A DNA stretch of 64,000 bases, taken from the NCBI RefSeq assembly GCF_003334305.1, contig NZ_QOWS01000011.1, one strand, 5' to 3'. The DNA is from Escherichia coli (GTDB lineage Bacteria > Pseudomonadota > Gammaproteobacteria > Enterobacterales > Enterobacteriaceae). Shown piece by piece: positions 9,946 through 19,520 of this stretch; position 1 is the stretch's first letter; each line of letters starts with the position of its first letter. The position numbers and the translations under genes were made by a program. The notes beneath the pieces are model-generated. The model ran no database searches and was not told the DNA's origin. It saw only the letters and a list, made by a program, of their open reading frames with translations.

Positions 9946-12900
9946 AACGTGTTCTCCGGTTGCGTTGAGGTTGCGCAAAGCCAGCGCGTAATGTGTTGCG
10001 CACAAGCCTGAACGTGGGGGGCTTCCATCATGATTTGCCAGTGGCTGGCTTCAATCACAGCGTCGTCGGCGTTGTTTATCCAGCCCTGCCACTCGGTTTC
10101 TGCTGGCGTCCAGCGCGCGGGTCTCCCGGCGGCATACACCATGAGACAGGGGACCGGAACGCTTTCGCCCGGCGTATGCTCAGTCAGTAAACGCAGCAGA
10201 TGCGCGATGTTGTCGAGCCACGTTTCTGCCGCTTGCAGCGTCAGGTTTTGCGACACCATACCGACCGTTTTAGCGAGGCTGATAAAGTCGGCAAGCTGGC
10301 TGTCGGGCGTCTGCTGGTCGAAATGTTCGGGCAGTGCCAGAGGCGTTTGTCCTTCGGCTAACAGGCGCAGCAGGGCCGCCCGGTTTTCGCAACAGAAATC
10401 CTGTCGGCACACGGGATCGATTAACACCATCCGAACCTGCTTGCCTTTGGCGTACAGGCGCTGTGCGGCGCCCGCCGCAAGAAACGCGCCATACGACCAA
10501 CCCGCCAGCACATAAGGGCCGTGAGGCTGCTGACGACGGATGCACCCGACATACTCATCGATCATCTGGTCGAGCGTGGCAAAGCGCTGCGGCGATTTTG
10601 CTTGCAGGCCGAAAACGCGCCTGTTCAACGCGTTAGCGAGCGGCAGCCAGGCGCTGATATCGCCGTCTGAAGCGTGGAAGACAAACAGGGTTTCCTCACC
10701 GTCGCCCTGGCAAAGGGGTATCGGGTTGTCCTCTCCTGACGTAGCCGCCTGTAGATGGGCGCAGAAGTCGCTCAGCGTCGAATGGTTGAACAGATCCTGA
10801 AGGTTAGCCCTGGCAATCCCTCTCCGGTTTAGCTGCGCGACCATCCTTGTCGCCATCAGGCTGTCGCCGCCCAGTTCGAAAAAGTCGTGATGCCTTGCCA
10901 CGGGGCGAGACAGCAGCGATTGCCAGAGTTCAGCCACCTGTTTTTCCAGCGCCGAATTCCCCCCGGCAACTGGCGTGGGTTTGGCTGGCTCAGTCGGCGC
11001 ATCAGACGGGGCATGGAGCGGCGTAAATAACGCTTCTCTTTGCCGGATCTGTAAAATGGGCAGACCGGTGCCAAAGCGCTGCTGTAAATAGCGGCTCACG
11101 GCTTTTTTATCCGGGCGATTTACGCCAGGCGAACGCGCTACCAGCAGATGCTGGCGCAGCGGCGACGATTCCTGCGCGGGCCACGCCAGCTCGTTTGCAA
11201 ACCCGGCCTGAACGAGAACCTCCTGCCATGCGGAGCGGGTGAGCATCGGTTTCTCATCCCGGCGGCGGAAATCGCGGTATCCGCTTAATCCCTCAATAAA
11301 GCCCACGCTCGCCAGCTGGAATACGCTGTTTCGCTCCGTCGCTTCAACGATCAGCAAACGTCCGCCGGCTTTCAGCAACAGTTTTAATCTGCGCAACGTC
11401 TGGACGACATGGCTGGCGTCGTGGAGCACATTGACGGCAACGATCAGGTCGTAACCCGCCTCCGGGTGGGCGGTGAAATCCAGCGGCTGGTTGATGTCGA
11501 ACAAGGCATAAGACACCTGCGATTCATCATGGAAACGGGCTCTGGCGTCATTGAGGAACTGCGCGGAGACGTCCGTGAAGTGGTACGACTGCCGCGTGTT
11601 CCGCGTGGCCTTCAGCACCGGCGCGGTAGTGGCTGCGGTTCCGGCGCCAACCTCCAGAATCCGTTCTGCGCTGCACAAGGCGGCAATCTGCGCGGTATAG
11701 CGATTCAGACAGGCGCTGGCGGGGTTGTCGCGATACAGCGCGTCGGTAACGCGATGCTGCTCGTTGAACAGCAATTCCAGCGGAGAACACTGCCCGGAGA
11801 AGAGGGCGTCGTGCCGGGCGATGCAGGTTTCCAGATACTGCGCCAGCGCCTGGCTCCATTGGCTTTGCGGGCACGCTTCCTGAGGCTCAGGAATCTCGCT
11901 GAGCGGAATGCGGCAGCGCCAGCTTTCACCTTCGCGGATTAACCACTCTCTTTCCGTCAGACACTGTAGCCACTGGCGCAGCAGACGCTGGTGAGACGCT
12001 TGCGCGGACAGCGCCTGTACTACTGCGCTAAAGCGATGGGCGATCTCCGGCGTGGTAAACAGGCCGTGACGATTTAGCGTAGCCGCGATCCCCTGTAGCG
12101 CACGCGCCTCCAGCCAGCGCCAGGTCGCCTCCAGCTCATCAAGCTGCGCCTGCTCAGGCAACGGCAGCGCCAGTTGGGTAAGTTCGTGCTCATCAGGCAT
12201 CGCCGCTGATGGCGACGGATCGTCGGCCATCACGATATCCAGCGTCAACGCGCCCTGTTCGGTTATTTCCGCTCTGGCCTGCCGGATGCCGGGGTATTCG
12301 AGCGTCGCCTGCTCAATATCCCGCAGGTCGTAGTCCGCCTGCGCGTTCAGCGGCCAGCGTCGGCGGGGAATGTGCCCGGCGATGCCGCTGGCGAGAGTCT
12401 TCAGGCTTTCAGGGGCGGCGATGACGGCTTGCAGGATGGCGCAATAGTCATTAAACATCGCCTCGGCAGCGCCGGGTTCCAGCACGTTGTCCATGCAGTA
12501 CCAGCTAAACATCAACTCGCCGTCGCTCTCCATGACCTGATGATCCAGCCAGACCTGCGGCGTTTGCGTGAATACATAGCAGGGTTCGCCGAACAGATGG
12601 CTCATCGCCTGATCGATAGTCATGCCTTCCAGCGTCATCCCCAGCATACTGGTAAACACTACCGGCATCAGCGGTTGACGTTGTGATCCGCGCAGGCGGC
12701 CCAGCTCACGGATCACCTCAACACCGTTCATTTCACTGTGCGCCATGTTTTGCCAGAGGCGCTGTTGGGTCTGTTGCATCTGCTCTTGCAACGTCACCGG
12801 CGCTGAGAAGTTAAAATCAACCAGCGTGACGGAGGTAAAATCACCAATCAACTGGTTGATTTGCGGATGGATCGGCTGGCGATTGAAGAACGTCAGGTTC

Positions 12901-15900
12901 AGCGTAAATGTTGTGGTACGGCTCCAGCGCTCAAGGGTGGCGGCAAACAGCGTGAGCAGCGCGGCAGACGGTGTGACGCCTTGCTGCTGCCAGCGCTGTT
13001 TCACGGCCTGCCATTCTGTCTTGCCGATCGTCGATTTGAAGGTGGTGAAGTGTGGCGTTTCCGGGGGCGTCTCAACCACCGGCAGCTCTGGCGCTAAGGG
13101 CAGTTGCGGCAGTTTTTCCTGCCAGTAATCCCAGGCATCGTGCCATGCCGATGTCTGTCGGCGCGCCTGTTCAGCCATCACATAATCACGGAAGGTAATA
13201 GCGAGCGGCGCCAGCGTTTCACCGCGCCAGACCTGCGCCAGGTCGTCCATCATGACTTTAAAACTCTGCACATCAAACTGCAAAAGGTCGAGGTTCATAT
13301 GCAGACGGTAATGGCAATCGTCGATTTCGCTGACCACCAGCTCAAAAAGAGGCCACTGGTCGGCAGGCAAAACGCGATAGCTCAGTTCATGCCGCCGTTT
13401 TTCCAGCGCGATGCGCTGTTCTTCCGGGGAAAGCGCGCGCAGATCGTCACGCGGGATGTGATACTCCGGCGTTGTCGCCAGGATTCGCTGCTGCCCGTCG
13501 GCATCAACCACCATACGCAACATATCGTGGCGTGCGATGAGCTGGTTCCATGCTTTCTCCAGTATGGCGAGATCGAACTCATCGTGGCGTTTATCCCACT
13601 CAAACAGGACGTGACAGGCGACGCCGCCATAGCCAATGAGGTGGGTTCGCCCCAGCCAGTAGGCGTGCTGAATGGGCGTCAAAGGGAAGGGCGCATAACG
13701 CTCGTCGGCGTCGTGCCGCAACACTTCCGGCTGCGAAGCGGCAGGCGTCGCCTCTGGCTTAGAACAGATAAGCTGCGTGAGTCCATGAGGAGACAGATCC
13801 TGCCACGCCCGTTCCGCATTGATGCGTACGCCCAGGTAGTGCTGAATATCGCTACTGAGTTCAAGGAAGAGCAGCGAGTCCATGCCGAGTTGCAACAGAT
13901 CCTGGTTTGGATGCAGTGACGCCGGATCGCTCAGCCTTAGCTGAACCGCAATCCGCTTTTTCAGCCATGCCATCACCGCTGTTTCATCGCTCAGGCTGCC
14001 GTTAAAGGCGTTGTCATCAGCAGGAGGAATGACCGGCGTTGCGGCTTTTTCTGTGGCGCTGATGTTAAACAGAGCCTGTTGTAACGGGGGCATTTTGTCG
14101 GTAAAAACGCGCATCGCCAGTCGCCACGGGGCGCCGCGCATCACCGCCTGTTCCAGGTGCCAGCAGCCTTCGGCATCGCTTAACGCGCCCATACCTCGGC
14201 TGGCGAGCGTCGCCAGCATTTCCGGCGTGGCCGCCCGACCGCTTTCTCCCCATGCGCCCCAGGCGACAGAGAGCGTTTTCGGCGCATCAAGGGTGGAAAA
14301 CTGCTGGGCCAGCCCGTCCAGGTAGCCGCAGGCCAGCGCATGGGCGCTCTGACCCGGCGCGCCGAGGGTGGCGGCAGCGGAAGAGTAGAGAATAAGATAG
14401 CGTCCGTCGTGGTTGCGCAGGGTTTGCAACAGCTGGCTTGCCGCCTGCGCTTTTACCGCGAAAACGGCAGCCAGCTGGTGGTCATCAAGCTCCTGCAAGG
14501 GCGCGTCAGCCAATACGCCAGCGGCATGAATCGCTCCGGCAATGCCGCCGTTGGCCGCCAGATCGTCAAGAACCGTGGCCAGTTGCCCGGCATCGCCCAC
14601 ATCACAACGGCAGACGCGCGTCTGCCCGCCCTCCACGTCGCGTAGCCATGACTCATCCACGCGCGGCGCCAGCAGGGCGATGCGTCGCGCCCCTTTTTCT
14701 CTGAGCCAGTTCACGGCAAGGCGGCCTAATCCGCCAAACGCTCCGGTCACCAGATGCCAGCGGCTATCGCCGGTAAACACGTTTGCCGGTAATTCAGCGG
14801 CGCATCCCGTATTGGGCGACAGTGAAGGAAGCCAAAGGGTGTCACCCCGTGCGGCGAGCCAGCGCTGTGATAGTGAGACTGCACTCAACCCTTGATGCAG
14901 CGTTTCCCACGGGGTGTTTTCGGCGAGATCGATGGCGGCAAGCAACCGTTCCGGCTGTTCGTTGGCCGCGACGCGAAGCAAGGCCCATAGCGCGTGATGG
15001 GATGCAGAGAGTGCTTCATTTTCCTCGACTCGCCACGCGCGGCGAGTAACCACAATCAATCCGGCTGCGCTGGCGGTGAGCGCTGCTATCACTTTCTCCG
15101 CTAAGGCCAGCGTATCCTCGCTCTCCTCAACAATCATCAGTCGTGAAGAGGCGTGCGGATCGTGAATGATGCCGTATTGCGCCAGCTCGTCGCTGCGCGC
15201 AAGCGTACCGGCGCTGAAGCTAAAGGTAAGCGGATGGTCAATGCTGGCGACGTTGAGGGGCGTCCAGCGCCATTGATAATGCGTTTGCGGCGCAGGAAGA
15301 GGCGCGGCGGGCGATAGCGGCAGCCACTCGCCAGCAGGATGACGGGCTTCAACGCGCATCTGACCGCGGGAAAAGGCTTCGTTTTGCCAGCTTAAGCGAA
15401 CCTTCCCTAGCCACTCCGGGGCGGCGACGGGGGGCGGTTCCACAGGCAGAGCGTCGCCATGACGCTGTGAAAGCAGACGCCAGGCCTCCTGCCAACGGGC
15501 GTTAAACCGTTCGGGCTGACCTGCGCAATCAGACCAGTCGGCGAGATAATCACCGTTATCCGTCAGCGCCTGCCCCAACACGGGTTCTGATGGCGCGGTG
15601 AATGTTACGGCGCTAACCGCCTGACCGGGCAGCGTGGCGAGAATGATATGTTCGCTCATCCCGGCGGTCGGGCTGCCATCCTGCGGTAGCCACGCCACTT
15701 TGCTGAATCCGGCGTGGCGGCACTGTTGTTGCCACTGAGCGGTGGTGAGGAATAACTCACCTTCGCGGGCGTCGAGATCCTGTAGCGGAAGAACCAGCGG
15801 GCCGAAAACGAAGTCAAACAGACGCATTGGCTGGGTGATTTCGCGCATCAGCAGGCGCCCGCCCGGCTTGAGCAGGGGGCGCAGATTATCGAGCGTGCGG

Positions 15901-18900
15901 CCAATATGGCGGGTGGCGTGAATCACGTTCGCTGCCACGATAAGATCGTAAGACTGTGCCTGGAAACCCTGAGACTGCGCCTCTTTTTCGAGATCCAGCT
16001 CGCTATACTTCACAAAATCATAGTCGGCGAATTTCTGCTGGGCGCGACGGGTGAACAGCGCCGAGATATCGGTGAAATGGTACTCCAGTGCCGGAACGCC
16101 GTTGAGTTCCGGCAGCAGCCACGCGGTGGTGCCGCCGGTTCCGCCGCCAACTTCAAGAATACGCAACGGCTGGCGGGGCTGACGCGTCTGGACAATGCCG
16201 CGTAATACCCCGGCGGCGATTTGGTTGAAATAGCGGCCAAAGCTGAATTCCTGATACAGCACTTCCACGCCGTCGGAGGCGCTTTGCGGGAAGATAATCG
16301 CCACCGGTTCTTCCGCGCCGCTCATCATTTCATATAACCGATCGCCGGCACGGGCGATGGTGTCGGGAATAGCCTGAAAACCTTCACAATAACCGGCAAG
16401 TTCCGTCAGCAGTGATTCCCGCTGTTGATGTTCAATGGGGCGGGCGCGGACGTATCGCCCGTCGGTGCAGCGGTAATCGCCGTCGACCACGCAGTTATTC
16501 AGCAGGCGCTGGAGTAGCTGCTGGTAGCGGGGCAGCAGACGTCCACGGCGCATGATGGTCATGGCGTCCACGCCGTTCTCAATGGCATCGCCGGTACAGC
16601 GTTGTACCAGTTGATCGACGTAGATGGCGTGCAGTCGCGTGGCGCACTGTTTAAGCGCTTCCAGGCGAGGGAGATCGAGCGCTGTCGCGGCGCGACTCGC
16701 CACCTCCAGCCCGGCAGACAGCGCTGCGTCGGCAGGCTCGCAGGCCGGGGAGACGCGCTCTTTCCAGTAACGTTCAGTATCAAACGGATAACATGGCGCA
16801 GCGATACGTTGTCCATCGCCCGCCAGCAGGTCGGCCCACGGTAGGGCGACGCCGGCAGCGTAAAGCTGGAGCAGGGCCTGATTGAGGACATCGCTCGCCT
16901 CTTTGTTACGCCGGGCGCTGGCTATCCAGTATGCGTTATCGCGGTATTCGCGCTGCCCGCAAGCAACCAACTGGGCATCGGGCCCCATCTCCAGAAAAAC
17001 GCGGGCGCCGAGCTGATGCGCCACCTGAATACTCTGGATAAAACGCACCGGCTGGCGCATGTGTCGGCGCCAGTAATCCGCCTGGTTGAGCGTTGACTCA
17101 TCAATGACGTCGGCGGTGAGCGTGGAAATAATCGGTATTTGCCCCGGCTCCGCGTGCAGTCCCGCGCAGGCGTCCTGGAACCGATCGAGTATCGGCTCCA
17201 GTAAAGCGGAGTGCGCCGCACCGGTTACGCTCAGGCGACGATAGTTAATGTCATGCTGCGAGAGCGTGGCGCAAAATACCGCGAGACGGGCTTCCGGCCC
17301 GGAAAATACCGTATGTTGCGTACCGTTGTTGGCGGCGAGATCCAGCTCAAACTGGCGAGCCAGCGGCATCAGCGTGTCTTCGTCTGCAAATACCGCCACC
17401 ATCGCGCCGCTTGCGCACTGCTGCATTAGCGCGCCGCGCCGACAAACCAGTGGCATGACCTGTTCAATCGTATAGTGTCCGCAGACAACGGCAGCGGCAA
17501 ATTCACCGACGGAATGCCCAATGGCGAAGTCTGGCTTCAGTCCTTCAGCACGCCAGTGCGCCGCCATCGCGATTTCAAACGCGACAATCGCCGGCTGCGC
17601 CCAGGCCATATTGTCCAGCTGCGCCGAATCGGGGTTAAACATCGCTTCGCGCAGTGACGGCGTGAGCATTTCGCTACAGGCGGAAAAACAGCGATCCAGC
17701 GTGTCGGCAAACGCCGTTGAGTGCTGGTACATCGTTTGGCCCATAGTGCGCCAGTGCGAGCCCTGGCCGGTAAACAGCCACACCTGCTTGCCGCTGGCGC
17801 CGTGGCCGCTGTATACCTGCGCCCCCGATTTCTCACTAGCCCAGGTGCTGAGCGCGTCGGCGGTTTCACGGTTTAATGGCACCGCCAGGCGGAAAGGAAG
17901 ATCGAGACGGCGCGCGTGCAGGGCCGTGAAGGCCAGATCGCTGGCATCCGCATTCTTCCTCAGCGCCCCGGCATAATCCGTCGCCAGCCGCCGCAACGCG
18001 CTGTCGCTGGCGGCGCTGAGCAGCAGCGCAGTACTTTTTCTGCCGCCATCCGTATTGGGGAGGCGCGCGTTGAGCGCATCGGGCAGCGAGGCGACGATCA
18101 TATGGCAGTTGGTGCCGCCAATACCAAAGGAGGATACGCCCGCATAGCGCATTTCATCCTGCCACGCTTGCGCCGACACTGGTACGGTAAAGGGGCTCTC
18201 CTCAAGCTTCAGCGCCGGGTTGGGGGTGTGGAAATTCAATAAGGGTGGAATTTGTCCGCGACTGACGGCCAGAACGGTTTTCAGCAGTCCGGCAATGCCT
18301 GCCGCGGTATCCAGATGCCCCATATTGCTTTTCACGGAACCGAGCGCACAGCGCCTGTCCTGCGGGCGCGGCGCATAGACGTTGCGTAACGCTTCTATTT
18401 CAATCGCATCGCCCAGCGGTGTGCCGGTGCCGTGGGTTTCAATGTAACCTACCTGCCTGTCGTCGATGGCCGCCAGCATTAACGCCTCTTCGATGACCGC
18501 CTGCTGCCCGGCGACGGAAGGGGCGGTATAGCCGACCTTTCTGTTGCCGTCGTTATTGACCGCGCTGGAGAGGATCACCGAGATAATCGGATCGCCTGAC
18601 AGTAGCGCGTCTTTCAGGCGACGCAGAACCACGCAGCCGAGACCATTACCGGCCCAGGTGCCCTCAGCCGAGGCGTCAAAAGGACGACAGTGGCCATCGG
18701 GAGAGAAAATCATTCCGGGCTGGTAGCGATAGCCCGCCTGCTGGGGGAAAGAGAGCGCCACGCCGCCGGCCACCGCCATATCGGATTCGCCTGCGCGCAG
18801 GCTTTCACAGGCCAGATGCACGGCAACCAGCGAGCTGGAGCAGGCGGTCTGTACCGATAACGCCGGGCCGTGCAGGTTGAGTTTGTACGCGGCGCGGGTG

Positions 18901-19433
18901 GCAATATAGTCTTTATCATTGCCCATCAGAGATTGCAGACCTTTTACCTGCGCGACTTCTGTCACGTTCAATGCTTCGCGACCGGGGTAGGTACTCATCC
19001 GGGAAGAGGCGAAAACGCCGGTCTTATGGGGGACGGCGCCGGGGGCATAACCGGCATGTTCCAGCGCATGCCAGACCGCCTGCAAAAACAGGCGCTGCTG
19101 CGGGTCCATCGACTCCGCTTCCTGTCGCGAATAGCCAAACAGGGTGGCGTCGAAGCAGTCGGCGTTGTCTAACACCGTACCGATATTGACATAATGAGGA
19201 TCGTCAATGATGGCGGCATCCAGACCGACGGCCAGAAGCTCTTCGCGCGTAAAGCGTCGGCTGCATTCACGACCTTCCAGCAGATTTTGCCAGAACGTTT
19301 CGCCATCCGGCGATTCAGGAAAATGGCAGGCGTAGCCGATAACCGCGACAGGTTCGCAGTCCGGGTAGTGTTGAGCGATCGATGCATCAATGGAATCTGC
19401 TGTCGGCGCAGAAGAGAAGCGCAAGTTATCCAT
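9942..19433 (-). CDS. irp1: HMWP1 mixed PKS/NRPS yersiniabactin synthetase
   Basis: 3163-aa ORF with KS (DTACSSSL), AT (GHSVGE), two SAM-methyltransferase motifs (LEVGGGTGG, LEVGAGTAA), carrier-protein sites (LGMDSL, GGDSL), a cyclization DxxxxD motif (NLDLLQFDVQS) and C-terminal thioesterase (GWSYG). Confidence 0.95.
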   Translation of the reverse strand: MDNLRFSSAPTADSIDASIAQHYPDCEPVAVIGYACHFPESPDGETFWQNLLEGRECSRRFTREELLAVGLDAAIIDDPHYVNIGTVLDNADCFDATLFGYSRQEAESMDPQQRLFLQAVWHALEHAGYAPGAVPHKTGVFASSRMSTYPGREALNVTEVAQVKGLQSLMGNDKDYIATRAAYKLNLHGPALSVQTACSSSLVAVHLACESLRAGESDMAVAGGVALSFPQQAGYRYQPGMIFSPDGHCRPFDASAEGTWAGNGLGCVVLRRLKDALLSGDPIISVILSSAVNNDGNRKVGYTAPSVAGQQAVIEEALMLAAIDDRQVGYIETHGTGTPLGDAIEIEALRNVYAPRPQDRRCALGSVKSNMGHLDTAAGIAGLLKTVLAVSRGQIPPLLNFHTPNPALKLEESPFTVPVSAQAWQDEMRYAGVSSFGIGGTNCHMIVASLPDALNARLPNTDGGRKSTALLLSAASDSALRRLATDYAGALRKNADASDLAFTALHARRLDLPFRLAVPLNRETADALSTWASEKSGAQVYSGHGASGKQVWLFTGQGSHWRTMGQTMYQHSTAFADTLDRCFSACSEMLTPSLREAMFNPDSAQLDNMAWAQPAIVAFEIAMAAHWRAEGLKPDFAIGHSVGEFAAAVVCGHYTIEQVMPLVCRRGALMQQCASGAMVAVFADEDTLMPLARQFELDLAANNGTQHTVFSGPEARLAVFCATLSQHDINYRRLSVTGAAHSALLEPILDRFQDACAGLHAEPGQIPIISTLTADVIDESTLNQADYWRRHMRQPVRFIQSIQVAHQLGARVFLEMGPDAQLVACGQREYRDNAYWIASARRNKEASDVLNQALLQLYAAGVALPWADLLAGDGQRIAAPCYPFDTERYWKERVSPACEPADAALSAGLEVASRAATALDLPRLEALKQCATRLHAIYVDQLVQRCTGDAIENGVDAMTIMRRGRLLPRYQQLLQRLLNNCVVDGDYRCTDGRYVRARPIEHQQRESLLTELAGYCEGFQAIPDTIARAGDRLYEMMSGAEEPVAIIFPQSASDGVEVLYQEFSFGRYFNQIAAGVLRGIVQTRQPRQPLRILEVGGGTGGTTAWLLPELNGVPALEYHFTDISALFTRRAQQKFADYDFVKYSELDLEKEAQSQGFQAQSYDLIVAANVIHATRHIGRTLDNLRPLLKPGGRLLMREITQPMRLFDFVFGPLVLPLQDLDAREGELFLTTAQWQQQCRHAGFSKVAWLPQDGSPTAGMSEHIILATLPGQAVSAVTFTAPSEPVLGQALTDNGDYLADWSDCAGQPERFNARWQEAWRLLSQRHGDALPVEPPPVAAPEWLGKVRLSWQNEAFSRGQMRVEARHPAGEWLPLSPAAPLPAPQTHYQWRWTPLNVASIDHPLTFSFSAGTLARSDELAQYGIIHDPHASSRLMIVEESEDTLALAEKVIAALTASAAGLIVVTRRAWRVEENEALSASHHALWALLRVAANEQPERLLAAIDLAENTPWETLHQGLSAVSLSQRWLAARGDTLWLPSLSPNTGCAAELPANVFTGDSRWHLVTGAFGGLGRLAVNWLREKGARRIALLAPRVDESWLRDVEGGQTRVCRCDVGDAGQLATVLDDLAANGGIAGAIHAAGVLADAPLQELDDHQLAAVFAVKAQAASQLLQTLRNHDGRYLILYSSAAATLGAPGQSAHALACGYLDGLAQQFSTLDAPKTLSVAWGAWGESGRAATPEMLATLASRGMGALSDAEGCWHLEQAVMRGAPWRLAMRVFTDKMPPLQQALFNISATEKAATPVIPPADDNAFNGSLSDETAVMAWLKKRIAVQLRLSDPASLHPNQDLLQLGMDSLLFLELSSDIQHYLGVRINAERAWQDLSPHGLTQLICSKPEATPAASQPEVLRHDADERYAPFPLTPIQHAYWLGRTHLIGYGGVACHVLFEWDKRHDEFDLAILEKAWNQLIARHDMLRMVVDADGQQRILATTPEYHIPRDDLRALSPEEQRIALEKRRHELSYRVLPADQWPLFELVVSEIDDCHYRLHMNLDLLQFDVQSFKVMMDDLAQVWRGETLAPLAITFRDYVMAEQARRQTSAWHDAWDYWQEKLPQLPLAPELPVVETPPETPHFTTFKSTIGKTEWQAVKQRWQQQGVTPSAALLTLFAATLERWSRTTTFTLNLTFFNRQPIHPQINQLIGDFTSVTLVDFNFSAPVTLQEQMQQTQQRLWQNMAHSEMNGVEVIRELGRLRGSQRQPLMPVVFTSMLGMTLEGMTIDQAMSHLFGEPCYVFTQTPQVWLDHQVMESDGELMFSWYCMDNVLEPGAAEAMFNDYCAILQAVIAAPESLKTLASGIAGHIPRRRWPLNAQADYDLRDIEQATLEYPGIRQARAEITEQGALTLDIVMADDPSPSAAMPDEHELTQLALPLPEQAQLDELEATWRWLEARALQGIAATLNRHGLFTTPEIAHRFSAVVQALSAQASHQRLLRQWLQCLTEREWLIREGESWRCRIPLSEIPEPQEACPQSQWSQALAQYLETCIARHDALFSGQCSPLELLFNEQHRVTDALYRDNPASACLNRYTAQIAALCSAERILEVGAGTAATTAPVLKATRNTRQSYHFTDVSAQFLNDARARFHDESQVSYALFDINQPLDFTAHPEAGYDLIVAVNVLHDASHVVQTLRRLKLLLKAGGRLLIVEATERNSVFQLASVGFIEGLSGYRDFRRRDEKPMLTRSAWQEVLVQAGFANELAWPAQESSPLRQHLLVARSPGVNRPDKKAVSRYLQQRFGTGLPILQIRQREALFTPLHAPSDAPTEPAKPTPVAGGNSALEKQVAELWQSLLSRPVARHHDFFELGGDSLMATRMVAQLNRRGIARANLQDLFNHSTLSDFCAHLQAATSGEDNPIPLCQGDGEETLFVFHASDGDISAWLPLANALNRRVFGLQAKSPQRFATLDQMIDEYVGCIRRQQPHGPYVLAGWSYGAFLAAGAAQRLYAKGKQVRMVLIDPVCRQDFCCENRAALLRLLAEGQTPLALPEHFDQQTPDSQLADFISLAKTVGMVSQNLTLQAAETWLDNIAHLLRLLTEHTPGESVPVPCLMVYAAGRPARWTPAETEWQGWINNADDAVIEASHWQIMMEAPHVQACAQHITRWLCATSTQPENTL

Positions 19434-19520
19434 AATCGGTCCCGTTTCCTAAGATTCACAAAGTCAATGGAACGCCATGCGTTCGCGATGGCGTTCCGGG
19501 GAAAATCAGTTTGCTTCGCG